Source of the DNA: an uncultured Nitrososphaerota archaeon
GTDB taxonomy: Archaea; Thermoproteota; Nitrososphaeria; Nitrososphaerales; Gagatemarchaeaceae
NCBI GenBank assembly: GCA_963718895.1
Contig: CAVRAG010000008.1
Span: 128,001 to 192,000 of the forward strand
Reading direction: 5' to 3'
Length of the DNA stretch: 64,000 nucleotides
Shown: in pieces, positions 31,621 to 40,287 of the stretch
Layout: every line of letters begins with the position of its first letter
Numbering within the stretch: the stretch's first letter is position 1
Notes under the pieces: generated by a model
Database searches by the model: none
Seen by the model: the letters and a program-made list of their open reading frames with translations, nothing else
Told to the model about the DNA's origin: nothing
Translations under genes and position numbers: made by a program

Positions 31621-33528
31621 TCAGTTCTGGGGTGCACCCCTCTGCGCCGAGATCCGCTCTCTAAGCAAGCGACCCACCACTTGCCCGTCGACACGACCCC
31701 TGGCCGTCTTCATCACCTCCCCCATGAGGACGCTGAAGGACCGCTCGCCCTTCTCCGCGATGAGCGTCCGATTCTCCTGGACGACCCTGTCGATTATCGT
31801 CTTCAGCTCGGCCTCGTCTAGCCTCGTCAGACCCAGCCTCTCTACCGCGTCCTGGACGCTGCCGGCCTCGCCCCCGCAGACGAGTCTCAGGACGTCTATC
31901 GCGGCCTCCTTAGAGAAGTCGCCCCTGTCTATGGAGCCAAGGACCTCCTCAAGTCGGCCCTCCGAGAGCTTCGACTCGTCCAGGCCTTCTCTCGAGAGCC
32001 TCACGGGCATCTCGACCAAGACCGAGGCGATCACGGACCGATCCAGTCCCAGCTTCGAGGCCAGCCTCTCAAAGACAGGCGCCTCGCCAGAGTCGTAGAG
32101 CTGGAGCGAGAGCTCAGGACTGAGTGAGTACCTCTCGGCGTAGAACTTGACCTTCTCCTCCCACGGCACGGGAATCAACTGGCGGAGCCGGTCCAGCTGG
32201 GTACCGGTCACAAGTATCTCGGGTATGTCGGTCTCGGGATACATCCTCGCCGCACCTGGCCGAGGCCTCAGATACCTCGTCTCCCCGTCTTCGGTCGCGG
32301 CCCGTGTCTCCTTGGGGACCCCCTTGAGGGCCGCCACCAGCCTCTCGACCACGAGTCCGGCGACGACCTCTGTCCGGTCCTCCGGGCCTGCGACGAGGAT
32401 GAGTGCGGCCTTCCCGTCGGAGCGCGTGAGCCTCCGGAGTTCGGACTCCTCTCCCTCGGTGATCTTCTGCTTGCGGAACTCGTCTGAGTGGATTATCCCG
32501 CCGAGCGAGTTGGTCCTCGCGATCTCGGCCAGTTCCTTTCCCAGCCTGATCCCGGGGAACGGCTCGAAGCCGACCAGCCCTGCGAGCCCGTCGACCGCGA
32601 CGCAGACGACTCTTCCTCCTCCCTTGACGATCTTCGCGAGGACGCTCGAGGAAGGTGAACCGAAGACGGACGTCACGTCGCTCGTCCGAGAGGTTACGGA
32701 GATGATGCCCCGCCCTCGCATCTCTTCCGCGACGCGAATCAGGCCCATCTGTCGCAGCCCTTCGTAGCGCACGACCTTGGCGATGAGGTTGAGTTTCTGC
32801 ACGCCCTTCACCTCGACGACCTCCCCTCCCATGACGGAGACGTTGAGGTCCTGGCGGATGGTGCCCAGGCCGCGGGCGACGCGCCCAGTCGAACGAAGCG
32901 CCCGGCCAAGCTGCAGCGCCGCGCTCTCCACGTCCTCGGGGTAGCCGACCATCGGGTCCAGAGCGATCTCCACGAGCGGCACGCCGAGCCTGTCCAGGGC
33001 GAACTGTCTAGACTCGGCATCCTCGCCGAGGATCCGCGAGGCGTCCTCCTCTACGGTGATGCTCTGCACGCCCACGGCTTTTCCGTCGAACGAGAGCCGC
33101 CCGCCCAGCGCTACGACCGACGTGCGCTGGAAGCCCGAGGTGTTCGACCCGTCGATGACCAGCTTCCTCATCACGTGGAGCTCCTCCACCACCTTCGCCT
33201 CGAGCATGAGCGAGATCAGGAGCGTCGTCTCAAGGGCATCCACGTTCATCCTGTGGGGCGGCTCCTCGTCGGCCTCCACGAGGCAGGAGGACTCGGGGTT
33301 CCACCGGTACCTGTTGGCCTTTCCCTTGTTGAACTCAAAGACGGCCGCTGGGTCTATCCGCCCGAGCTCGCTCTGGCTCGGCCGCAGCCTGCGCTCGAAC
33401 GAGAGCGGGAGCTCTTCTGACTTTATGGTCGGGCAAGAGCAGAAGAGCTTGGTACTCGTCCCAAGTTGCTGGTGTATCTCGATGCCGACCTTCATTCCGC
33501 ACGCCGAAGGGTCGAAGGGAAGGCTCAT
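31621..33528 (-). CDS. gatE: Glu-tRNA(Gln) amidotransferase subunit E
   Basis: KVGIEIHQQL, CLVEADEEPPH, IDGSNTSGFQRT, RPRPGAARMYPETD. Confidence 0.96.
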   Translation of the reverse strand: MSLPFDPSACGMKVGIEIHQQLGTSTKLFCSCPTIKSEELPLSFERRLRPSQSELGRIDPAAVFEFNKGKANRYRWNPESSCLVEADEEPPHRMNVDALETTLLISLMLEAKVVEELHVMRKLVIDGSNTSGFQRTSVVALGGRLSFDGKAVGVQSITVEEDASRILGEDAESRQFALDRLGVPLVEIALDPMVGYPEDVESAALQLGRALRSTGRVARGLGTIRQDLNVSVMGGEVVEVKGVQKLNLIAKVVRYEGLRQMGLIRVAEEMRGRGIISVTSRTSDVTSVFGSPSSSVLAKIVKGGGRVVCVAVDGLAGLVGFEPFPGIRLGKELAEIARTNSLGGIIHSDEFRKQKITEGEESELRRLTRSDGKAALILVAGPEDRTEVVAGLVVERLVAALKGVPKETRAATEDGETRYLRPRPGAARMYPETDIPEILVTGTQLDRLRQLIPVPWEEKVKFYAERYSLSPELSLQLYDSGEAPVFERLASKLGLDRSVIASVLVEMPVRLSREGLDESKLSEGRLEEVLGSIDRGDFSKEAAIDVLRLVCGGEAGSVQDAVERLGLTRLDEAELKTIIDRVVQENRTLIAEKGERSFSVLMGEVMKTARGRVDGQVVGRLLRERISAQRGAPQN

Positions 33529-34844
33529 GCCGGCCTGCTCGGGAGTGACCTCTCCGTGATCTCGCCCGCGAGGTTCGCCTGCATCATCCCCTTCCTCTCC
33601 TCCGCCGACCCGGCGTTCGCCAGGACCCACATCATCTTGGCCAGTGCCGTCTCTCCGAGCATGTCCTCGAGAGGGACGACGCCAGCGTCGAGCAGGTCTC
33701 TCCCGGTGTCGTAGACGTTCATGTCGACGCGCCCCCAGACGCACTGCGAGGTCATGCAGACGAGCCCGCCGGCCTCGGTGAATCCCTTGATCGCCGCCAC
33801 ATTCTTGGCGTTGATGTGCCCGAGACCTGTCCCCTCGACCACGAGACCCTTGATTCGGCTTCCCAGGATTGCCTCCAAGTACCCCGTTTGCATCGACGGA
33901 AAGAATTTGAGGAGTGCCGCACCCCCGTCGAACCCCGGCCTCGCCGTGAATGGGCCCGTGCCCCGCTTTGGCAGAGCCGGGGAGACAAGTTCAAGGCCCG
34001 ACCTGGACCAGTGCGCCACAGGCTGGACCCCAACGGACTGGAAGGCGTCCCTCGCGCTCGTGTGATTCTTCCGGACCCTCGTTCCCGAGTGGATCGCGAG
34101 CAACTCGTCGCTCGTATCGGCGTGCATCACGACGTACACCCCTGAGAACTCGGCTGAGACGGCCAAGGTCACGGCGCCTATCAGGTTCAGGTAGGCGTCC
34201 GACGAGGGGCGGTCCGATGAGCGCTGCGAACCGACCACGAAGACCGGTACAGGGACTCTCTGGAGAGCGAAGCTCAGAGCGGCGCTCGTGTACCCCATGA
34301 CGTCCGTGCCCGTGGTTATAACCACGCCCCGGGCGCCCCTGGCCACGCATTCGGAGACCTTTATCGCGATCCTCTCCCAGTGTTCGGGTTCCAGGTTCTC
34401 ACTGTAGACGCTCAGGACTATCTCCGGGGAGATCCTTGCTATGTCGGAGAGCTCCGGCATCAGGGAGTACAGGTCCTCAGCCGATATGGCGGCCCTCACA
34501 GCTCCGGTCCTGTAGTCGACCCGGCTGGCGATCGTCCCTCCAGTACCCAGAATCGAGACCAGGGGAAGGCTTCCGTCTGCCTTCGGCGGGCTTGAGGTGA
34601 ACGAGGGCCGCTCTCCTTCGGCAACCCTGCGGACTCCCGAGATCCTGGAGACGCCTATCCCGACGTTGTAACCGCTCTTCAGTTTGATCACGACGTGCAG
34701 ATCATCCTCGTTCTGATACCTTGGGACGAGCGTGCCCTTGACCGCTTCCCCGCCGATGTTCAGCTCGACGAGGTCGCCAATCTTGACCCCGGCCCCCTCC
34801 AAGAGCCTGAGGGCGGGGCCGCGATACCCAGTAAGATCGTCCAT
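33525..34844 (-). CDS. gatD: Glu-tRNA(Gln) amidotransferase subunit D
   Basis: KLKSGYNVG, TGGTIASRVDY, GSQRSSDRPSSD. Confidence 0.96.
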   Translation of the reverse strand: MDDLTGYRGPALRLLEGAGVKIGDLVELNIGGEAVKGTLVPRYQNEDDLHVVIKLKSGYNVGIGVSRISGVRRVAEGERPSFTSSPPKADGSLPLVSILGTGGTIASRVDYRTGAVRAAISAEDLYSLMPELSDIARISPEIVLSVYSENLEPEHWERIAIKVSECVARGARGVVITTGTDVMGYTSAALSFALQRVPVPVFVVGSQRSSDRPSSDAYLNLIGAVTLAVSAEFSGVYVVMHADTSDELLAIHSGTRVRKNHTSARDAFQSVGVQPVAHWSRSGLELVSPALPKRGTGPFTARPGFDGGAALLKFFPSMQTGYLEAILGSRIKGLVVEGTGLGHINAKNVAAIKGFTEAGGLVCMTSQCVWGRVDMNVYDTGRDLLDAGVVPLEDMLGETALAKMMWVLANAGSAEERKGMMQANLAGEITERSLPSRPA

Positions 34845-34968
34845 GGAGATGGCGGTCTCCCCTCGTGGAGATAAAGCCTTGGCATCTTGGTCAGGACCCG
34901 CTGTCGTATGCACGGCAGAATAATGTGAGCAAAATAATTAATATAGCGAATAATGCATTTCGAATATT

Positions 34969-35826
34969 ATGAGTAAGACCCAAGGTTACGCCCACCCGGA
35001 GGTCCTCGTGGAAACGAGCTGGTTGTTCGAGCATCTAAGAGACAAGGGCGTGCGCGTCGCCGAGGTCGACTACGACCCGGCGGCCAACTACGCCGTGGGT
35101 CACATCCCCGGCGCGGTCCTCTTCGACTGGAAGAAAGACATCAACGACCCTCTCAGAAGAGATCTGCTGAGCAGGGAGCGGTTCGAGACGCTCCTCGGGG
35201 GGGCGGGGATCGGCAGGGACACCTGGGTCGTCCTGTACGGCGACTTCAACAACTGGTTCGCGACCTTTGCCTTCTGGGTCTTCAAGTACTACGGCGTGGA
35301 CAACGTTAGACTGCTCAACGGCGGGAGGAAGAAGTGGCTCCTCGAGGACAGGCCGGTGACCAAGGAAGTCCCGGCCTACCCCAAGACCAGCTTCAAGGCC
35401 TCCAACGCTAACCAGAGGCTGAGGGTCTACAGAGAGGACGTCCTCAAGGGGCTCGGCAAGAAGGACAGGGTCCTCGTGGACGTGAGGGGCCCGAAGGAGT
35501 TCAGCGGCGAAGTGCTCGCCCCTCCCGAGTACCCGACGGAGCACGCCCAGCGCGGAGGGCACATACCCGATGCCAGGAACATACCATGGGCACAGACGGT
35601 GAACGACGCGGACGGGACCTTCAAGACCAAGGAGGAGATAGCTGCCCTGTACGCGCAGAAGGGCGTCACGCGGGACAAGGAAGTCATCACCTACTGCAGG
35701 ATAGGAGAGAGGTCGTCACACAGCTGGTTCGTACTGACCTATCTGCTGGGGTACCCTCGCGTCAGGAACTACGACGGCTCCTGGACGGAATGGGGAAACT
35801 CAGTCGGGACGCCCATCGAGAGGTAA
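34969..35826 (+). CDS. Tandem-domain rhodanese / thiosulfate sulfurtransferase
   Basis: GHIPGA, YCRIGERSS active-site loop, NYDGSWTEWG. Confidence 0.93.
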   Translation: MSKTQGYAHPEVLVETSWLFEHLRDKGVRVAEVDYDPAANYAVGHIPGAVLFDWKKDINDPLRRDLLSRERFETLLGGAGIGRDTWVVLYGDFNNWFATFAFWVFKYYGVDNVRLLNGGRKKWLLEDRPVTKEVPAYPKTSFKASNANQRLRVYREDVLKGLGKKDRVLVDVRGPKEFSGEVLAPPEYPTEHAQRGGHIPDARNIPWAQTVNDADGTFKTKEEIAALYAQKGVTRDKEVITYCRIGERSSHSWFVLTYLLGYPRVRNYDGSWTEWGNSVGTPIER

Positions 35827-35865
35827 GGGTGCCGGGGTCCGGGGTTCCCTGCAGGCTCAGAGAGC

Positions 35866-36531
35866 TCAGCGACTCTTCTTGACGATGAAGTGGAAGAGGC
35901 GCCCTTCCTTGCGTGTCTCGACCAGTTCGTTGTGGGTGCGCTCGGTCCAGGCCGTGAGCTCGACCTCTGACGTGACGTCGTCGGACACGAGGTGAACGAC
36001 CGTGCCGACCTCGGACCGCGCGATCAGGTCGTCCAGCTTCACCAGGGTCCCGGCACACTCGGAGCCGATCTCGTACATCTCGATGTCGGGGAACTCGGCG
36101 AAGCACCTGACGCCGAGCTCCCCTATCTTGCGCTCCAGCACGGCCCTGGCTCCCGCGAAGCCGAGGAGGGCACCCGACTCCTCTCCCCATCTGAGCGGGG
36201 CGACTTTGACGAACCAGCCCCGCCCGTAGTGGTCGTGGTTGAGGAGCCTGGGATTCTCCTTGAGCGCGGAGTTGACCTCGACGATCCGGCCAGTCAGCGG
36301 CGCCTTCACCGTGTCGAAGTGGCGCGGACCTTCGACCCAGCCTAGGCTCGTCCCGCGAGCGACCATCGTCCCTGGCTCCTTGAACGAGACCGAGGTGAAG
36401 GGACCGCTGATCCACGCAAGGACCGCGTCGATCCCGACGGAGACTAGCCCTCCTTCTACCCTAGCCCAGACGTCCCTCTCCGGGTCGTAGAGCACGTCGT
36501 CGGCGAAGAGGCACCCACCGATCGCTCGCAC
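35866..36531 (-). CDS. GcvH/lipoyl-like domain fused to TusA-like sulfur carrier
   Basis: VWARVEG..VGID...APLTGRIVEVN...HYGRGWF (GcvH fold), then EIGSECAG...VHLVSDD....ELTAW...HFIVKK (TusA fold). Confidence 0.8.
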   Translation of the reverse strand: MRAIGGCLFADDVLYDPERDVWARVEGGLVSVGIDAVLAWISGPFTSVSFKEPGTMVARGTSLGWVEGPRHFDTVKAPLTGRIVEVNSALKENPRLLNHDHYGRGWFVKVAPLRWGEESGALLGFAGARAVLERKIGELGVRCFAEFPDIEMYEIGSECAGTLVKLDDLIARSEVGTVVHLVSDDVTSEVELTAWTERTHNELVETRKEGRLFHFIVKKSR

Positions 36532-36556
36532 GCACGCACGCCGTGTTTTCCAGATT

Positions 36557-38161
36557 TTAACTCAGCGGCTTGGACACGTAGGGGCCGTAAGACTCGTACC
36601 CGAACCTCCTGTAGTAGTTCCTCGTCCCGACGGCGCTGGTGACCAGGAGGCGCCTAGCCCCGAACCTCTCGCGGGCGACCTTCTCCATCTCGGTCAATAG
36701 CGCCGCGCCTAGCCCCCTGTGCTGCCAGGCGTCCTCGTTCCTGGCCCCGACGGAGACGACCTTCCCGTAGACCTTGAGCTCCCGGACGACGCAGGAGTCC
36801 TTCATCTCCTTCCTGTGAGCCAGACCGGAGGGTGACCTCATCCGGATGAAGCCGGCGATCCGTCCGGACTCAGGGTTCTCGAATGAGGCGAAGACTTCGG
36901 TCCCGCCCGATGCGGCGTACTCCTGGGTGACCAGTTCGGGCTCGGAGGAACCCTGATCGAGGGGCGAGTCGAGCGCCACCTCCCGGCACCTGATGCACCC
37001 GCAGCTGTACCCCAGTTCCTTCATTCGACGGAGGACGAGCTCCCTCAGGTTCCCAGCGTCCGCCCCTCCGCGGATGTCCTTCTCCGGGATCTCGCGCATA
37101 ATCCTCATGATCCTGTGCCAGCGGGGGACGTGCCTCTTCATCTCAGCGAGAAGCTCGACCACCTCATCGAGGGTGTAGGGCCTGTACAGTCCGGCCTCGG
37201 CCCACCTCGCCAGGGCGGTCTCCCTGACGACGAGCGTCGGGTAGAGCTTCGTCATGTCTGGGCGGAACCGCTCGTCCTCGAAGAGAGCGCGCATGTCTTC
37301 CAGGTCGTACTGTGGGTTGGAACCGGGAAGACCGGGCATCATGTGGGCGCAGATCTTGAGGCCCGCGTCCCTCGCCACCTGGAAGGCTTCGACCGAGTCC
37401 TGGACATTGTGCCCGCGGTTGCTCTTCTCCAGCGGCCCGTCGTGGAGGCTCTGCACCCCGATCTCAAGCCTTGTGACGCCGTAGGAGAGCATCAGGTCGA
37501 TGTGCTCCGGCTTGCACCAGTCGGGCTTGGATTCTATCGTCAGCCCGACGCACCTGCTGGACGCGGCCTCGTTGATGCGCTGGGCCTCCTCCAGGGTTCC
37601 CGACCTGAAGCCGTTCAGCCCGTCGTAGACGCTCTTGACGAAGGGAAGCTGGTAGTCCGTGGGAAGGGCGATGAACGTGCCACCCTCGATTATCGCTTCG
37701 ACCTTTGAGGTTTCGTGCCCCTTCTCATAGTACTTCCTCAGCGAGCGCCTGGCCTGGAGGTACGGGTCGTAGTTCAGTCCTCGGGCTATCCTCTGACTAG
37801 GGCCGTCGGGCATGTAGCTCTGCGGCGTCCCGATGCGCGGGCCGCCCGGGCAGAAGACGCACGTGCCGTGGGGACAGCTGAACGGTGCCGAGAAGACCGT
37901 GACTATGATTATCCCCGAGGCGCTCCTCCTCGGGTGGATCCGAAGCAGCTCGCCCCACCTTCCCCTCTCCGATTCGGGGAGGGCAAGCAGGATCGCTGAG
38001 TTCGAGATGAAGGTTGAAAGGTGGTACTTTATCGCAGCGTCTCGCTTTGCTCGTTCCAGGCGGGGCCTCCCTTCAATCTGGCCCGCCACTATCAGTCCGG
38101 CGATTTCTTTGAGAGCGGCCTGCTCGGAGTCCGAGTACTCTCGCTCTAGGTACGCTGCCAA
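36557..38161 (-). CDS. elp3: Elp3 tRNA uridine(34) acetyltransferase (radical SAM + GNAT)
   Basis: CPHGTCVFCPGG, TPQSY, CIRCRE, WQHRGLG, GTRNYYRRFGY. Confidence 0.95.
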   Translation of the reverse strand: MAAYLEREYSDSEQAALKEIAGLIVAGQIEGRPRLERAKRDAAIKYHLSTFISNSAILLALPESERGRWGELLRIHPRRSASGIIIVTVFSAPFSCPHGTCVFCPGGPRIGTPQSYMPDGPSQRIARGLNYDPYLQARRSLRKYYEKGHETSKVEAIIEGGTFIALPTDYQLPFVKSVYDGLNGFRSGTLEEAQRINEAASSRCVGLTIESKPDWCKPEHIDLMLSYGVTRLEIGVQSLHDGPLEKSNRGHNVQDSVEAFQVARDAGLKICAHMMPGLPGSNPQYDLEDMRALFEDERFRPDMTKLYPTLVVRETALARWAEAGLYRPYTLDEVVELLAEMKRHVPRWHRIMRIMREIPEKDIRGGADAGNLRELVLRRMKELGYSCGCIRCREVALDSPLDQGSSEPELVTQEYAASGGTEVFASFENPESGRIAGFIRMRSPSGLAHRKEMKDSCVVRELKVYGKVVSVGARNEDAWQHRGLGAALLTEMEKVARERFGARRLLVTSAVGTRNYYRRFGYESYGPYVSKPLS

Positions 38162-38313
38162 TTCTGGCCTGGCTTTCGCTTCAGGGTGAATCTCTTGATG
38201 TAAGTCTTGCGGTTCCTAATCTTTGGAATAGCGCCCTTGCGCGGCTTTCCCTCGATTTTCGGCGTCTGGCCTCTAACCTTCCCTGCCTTGGTAAGACTTC
38301 CGTGGGTTGGCGT
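38146..38313 (-). CDS. rps30e: 30S ribosomal protein S30e (missed by the ORF track; ACG at the start position)
   Basis: Manual translation (M)PTHGSLTKAGKVRGQTPKIEGKPRKGAIPKIRNRKTYIKRFTLKRKPGQNWQRT; GGTG SD-like element upstream. Confidence 0.93.
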   Translation of the reverse strand, partial: TPTHGSLTKAGKVRGQTPKIEGKPRKGAIPKIRNRKTYIKRFTLKRKPGQNWQRT

Positions 38314-38450
38314 TCTTCTTGCACCTGCTTGTTCACCGTGAAAGCGGGGTGTATATAGTCCTAACTCCTCTCGGACCTGGATCTCCTCTGAGTCTGGTCA
38401 TCATGGACCCATCCGTTCCGGTATCCGATCGCCGAAACGCGGGACGTGGG

Positions 38451-38810
38451 TCAGAAGCTGATGCAGAGATCCGCCTTCAGCATCATCTGGCCGAGCTCCT
38501 TTCGTGAGGCCACGGCGAACTCACCCGCGAGCTGGCTCCGGTCGATCCCCTCTTCGTTCAGCGACTCTTCCTCGACGTAGAACTTCTTGCCGTCCGCCGA
38601 AGGGAAGAAATCGAGAAACTTGACGGCGTAGGATCTGTCGACGCCCTTGAGCGCGCACCTTGCACCCTTGCCCAGGAAGGCTATCGTCACCCGGTGGTGG
38701 TCCTCGGCCCGGACCAGACCGCCCGCGACCCTGAGGCCCTCGACGAAGTAGGTGCTCCCCACGGGGGCCCTGAGGAACGAGACGAAGATGTTCTTAGCCA
38801 ATCTCAACAC
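38451..38810 (-). CDS. DsrF/TusC-like protein
   Basis: RAPVGSTYFVEGLR, YVEEESLNEEGI; in operon with DsrE/H-like genes. Confidence 0.78.
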   Translation of the reverse strand: MLRLAKNIFVSFLRAPVGSTYFVEGLRVAGGLVRAEDHHRVTIAFLGKGARCALKGVDRSYAVKFLDFFPSADGKKFYVEEESLNEEGIDRSQLAGEFAVASRKELGQMMLKADLCISF

Positions 38811-38812
38811 CC

Positions 38813-39073
38813 CTAGAGGAAGCAGAGCACTCGCTCCTTCTCCATGAGCTCCACGAGCCGATCGTATCCTATCGACTCGACGCCCGCGGGAATCGAGCCT
38901 GTAAGACCCCTCCTCGTGACGTCATCCCTCACGACATAGATCTTACCCTGCATCCCGTCCTTGCAGGCCAGGTAGACCGCATCCTGGAGTAGGACGACGC
39001 GCGCCTCTGGATCGCTCGCTGCGTAAGCGAGGCCGACCGCCGCAAATGGCTCATCCATCAGGTAGATCGTCAA
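38813..39073 (-). CDS. DsrH/TusB-like protein
   Basis: VVLLQDAVY, YVVRDDVTRRGL, IGYDRLVELM. Confidence 0.8.
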   Translation of the reverse strand: MTIYLMDEPFAAVGLAYAASDPEARVVLLQDAVYLACKDGMQGKIYVVRDDVTRRGLTGSIPAGVESIGYDRLVELMEKERVLCFL

Positions 39074-39086
39074 TGCCCATTCTCTC

Positions 39087-39446
39087 CTACAGGGTGAGCA
39101 GCCTGTCACATTGGCTAGCCATCGCAGCCACCGTGGGAACTCCCACGATCTTGACCCCTTCGTAGAAGTCTGCGCCTTCGCTCAGCCCTCTGTTGTAGCT
39201 GCACGTCTCACAGGCGTAGATGGTCGCGCCCTTGGCCACGAGCGCCTTGAAGTAGTCCATGGGCAGCTTCTCCATCATGGGGAAGACCTGCGTGCCGAGC
39301 GCGTTGTAGATGCCATCGAGGAAGAGGAAGAACGAGACCTTGTCGGTCCTGTCGATGGCCGCATCCGCGATGCGGCAAGCGGTCTCCCAACGCTGGGTCT
39401 GATAGGGCCCTCCCGTGAGGATGATGCCGAAGTTCGCCATGCTCAT
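39087..39446 (-). CDS. DsrE/TusD-like sulfur relay protein
   Basis: GPY, FLFLDGIY, ACETCSYNRGL with conserved Cys. Confidence 0.82.
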   Translation of the reverse strand: MSMANFGIILTGGPYQTQRWETACRIADAAIDRTDKVSFFLFLDGIYNALGTQVFPMMEKLPMDYFKALVAKGATIYACETCSYNRGLSEGADFYEGVKIVGVPTVAAMASQCDRLLTL

Positions 39447-39609
39447 AGTTCGGAATTCGATGAATAGTTAAGCATATCCCGTTACCTGGCGCACACCACG
39501 CACCCACCGGGCTGCCAGCGTTCTCCCTGACGCTGTCTCTTCGGCGCCCAGCGGCGTACGATTCCCCCCGTCCGCGCGGCCAAGACTTAATACCTCGACG
39601 GGCACACTT

Positions 39610-40287
39610 TTGTCCGTGCAATCATTCGGAACGAACATGGAAGACAAGAGCACGGAGCAGGGCTTCCAGTTCATTTTCAAGTGCGAGATATGCGGCGCCA
39701 GCTATGAGTCCGCGTTCGTGGCTTCGCAGGCGGCGCGGGAGAAGGCGATATTCAACGACGTTTCAAGGTTCGGAGGGATGTTCACCAACAAGGCCTCTCT
39801 CGCGAGTGCGCTCGGAGGACAAGCGTACCAGACCCCGGAGTGGAACAAGGAGCGCGGCGCGGCTCTCCAAAAAGCCACGGCCGAGGCGATGACGCATTTC
39901 CACCAGTGCCCCAAGTGTCACAAGTACGTCTGCGACAACGACTGGAGGAGCGACGTCTCGCTCTGCTCGATCGACGCAGCCGAGGTCAAACCCGCCGCGT
40001 CCCCCCAGAGTCAGTGGGCGGTGCCGGCGGTCTGCCCCAAGTGCGGCCAGCCGACCGGCGGCGGCAAGTTCTGCAACAACTGCGGAGCGCCCCTCGGACC
40101 GGTGAAGTGCGCTGCGTGCGGGGTCGAGAACGCCCCTGGGGCCAAGTTCTGCAGCGGATGCGGGGCCAAGCTCTGGCACGCGTCCCCGGAAATCCTTAAA
40201 GCGCATCCGGGGCGCTTCCCTCACGCGTGCAGCGTTCCGAGATACGGCGCGCCATCAAGGACCACAACCTCAGCATGCTCGGCGTGA
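39610..40287 (+). CDS. Double zinc ribbon protein; true stop probably near 40175
   Basis: STEQGFQFIFKCEICG; repeated CxxC..KFCxxCG ribbons; tail runs through the next gene's promoter and start. Confidence 0.8.
   Translation: MSVQSFGTNMEDKSTEQGFQFIFKCEICGASYESAFVASQAAREKAIFNDVSRFGGMFTNKASLASALGGQAYQTPEWNKERGAALQKATAEAMTHFHQCPKCHKYVCDNDWRSDVSLCSIDAAEVKPAASPQSQWAVPAVCPKCGQPTGGGKFCNNCGAPLGPVKCAACGVENAPGAKFCSGCGAKLWHASPEILKAHPGRFPHACSVPRYGAPSRTTTSACSA

Noticed and set aside
34925-34968. AT-rich imperfect inverted repeat upstream of the rhodanese gene
   Set aside because: Could be an operator but cannot be distinguished from ordinary AT-rich divergent promoter sequence.
40175-40287. C-terminal extension of the double zinc ribbon protein
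   Set aside because: It runs through the TATA box and start of the next gene; probably a lost stop codon (TGG for TAG/TGA).
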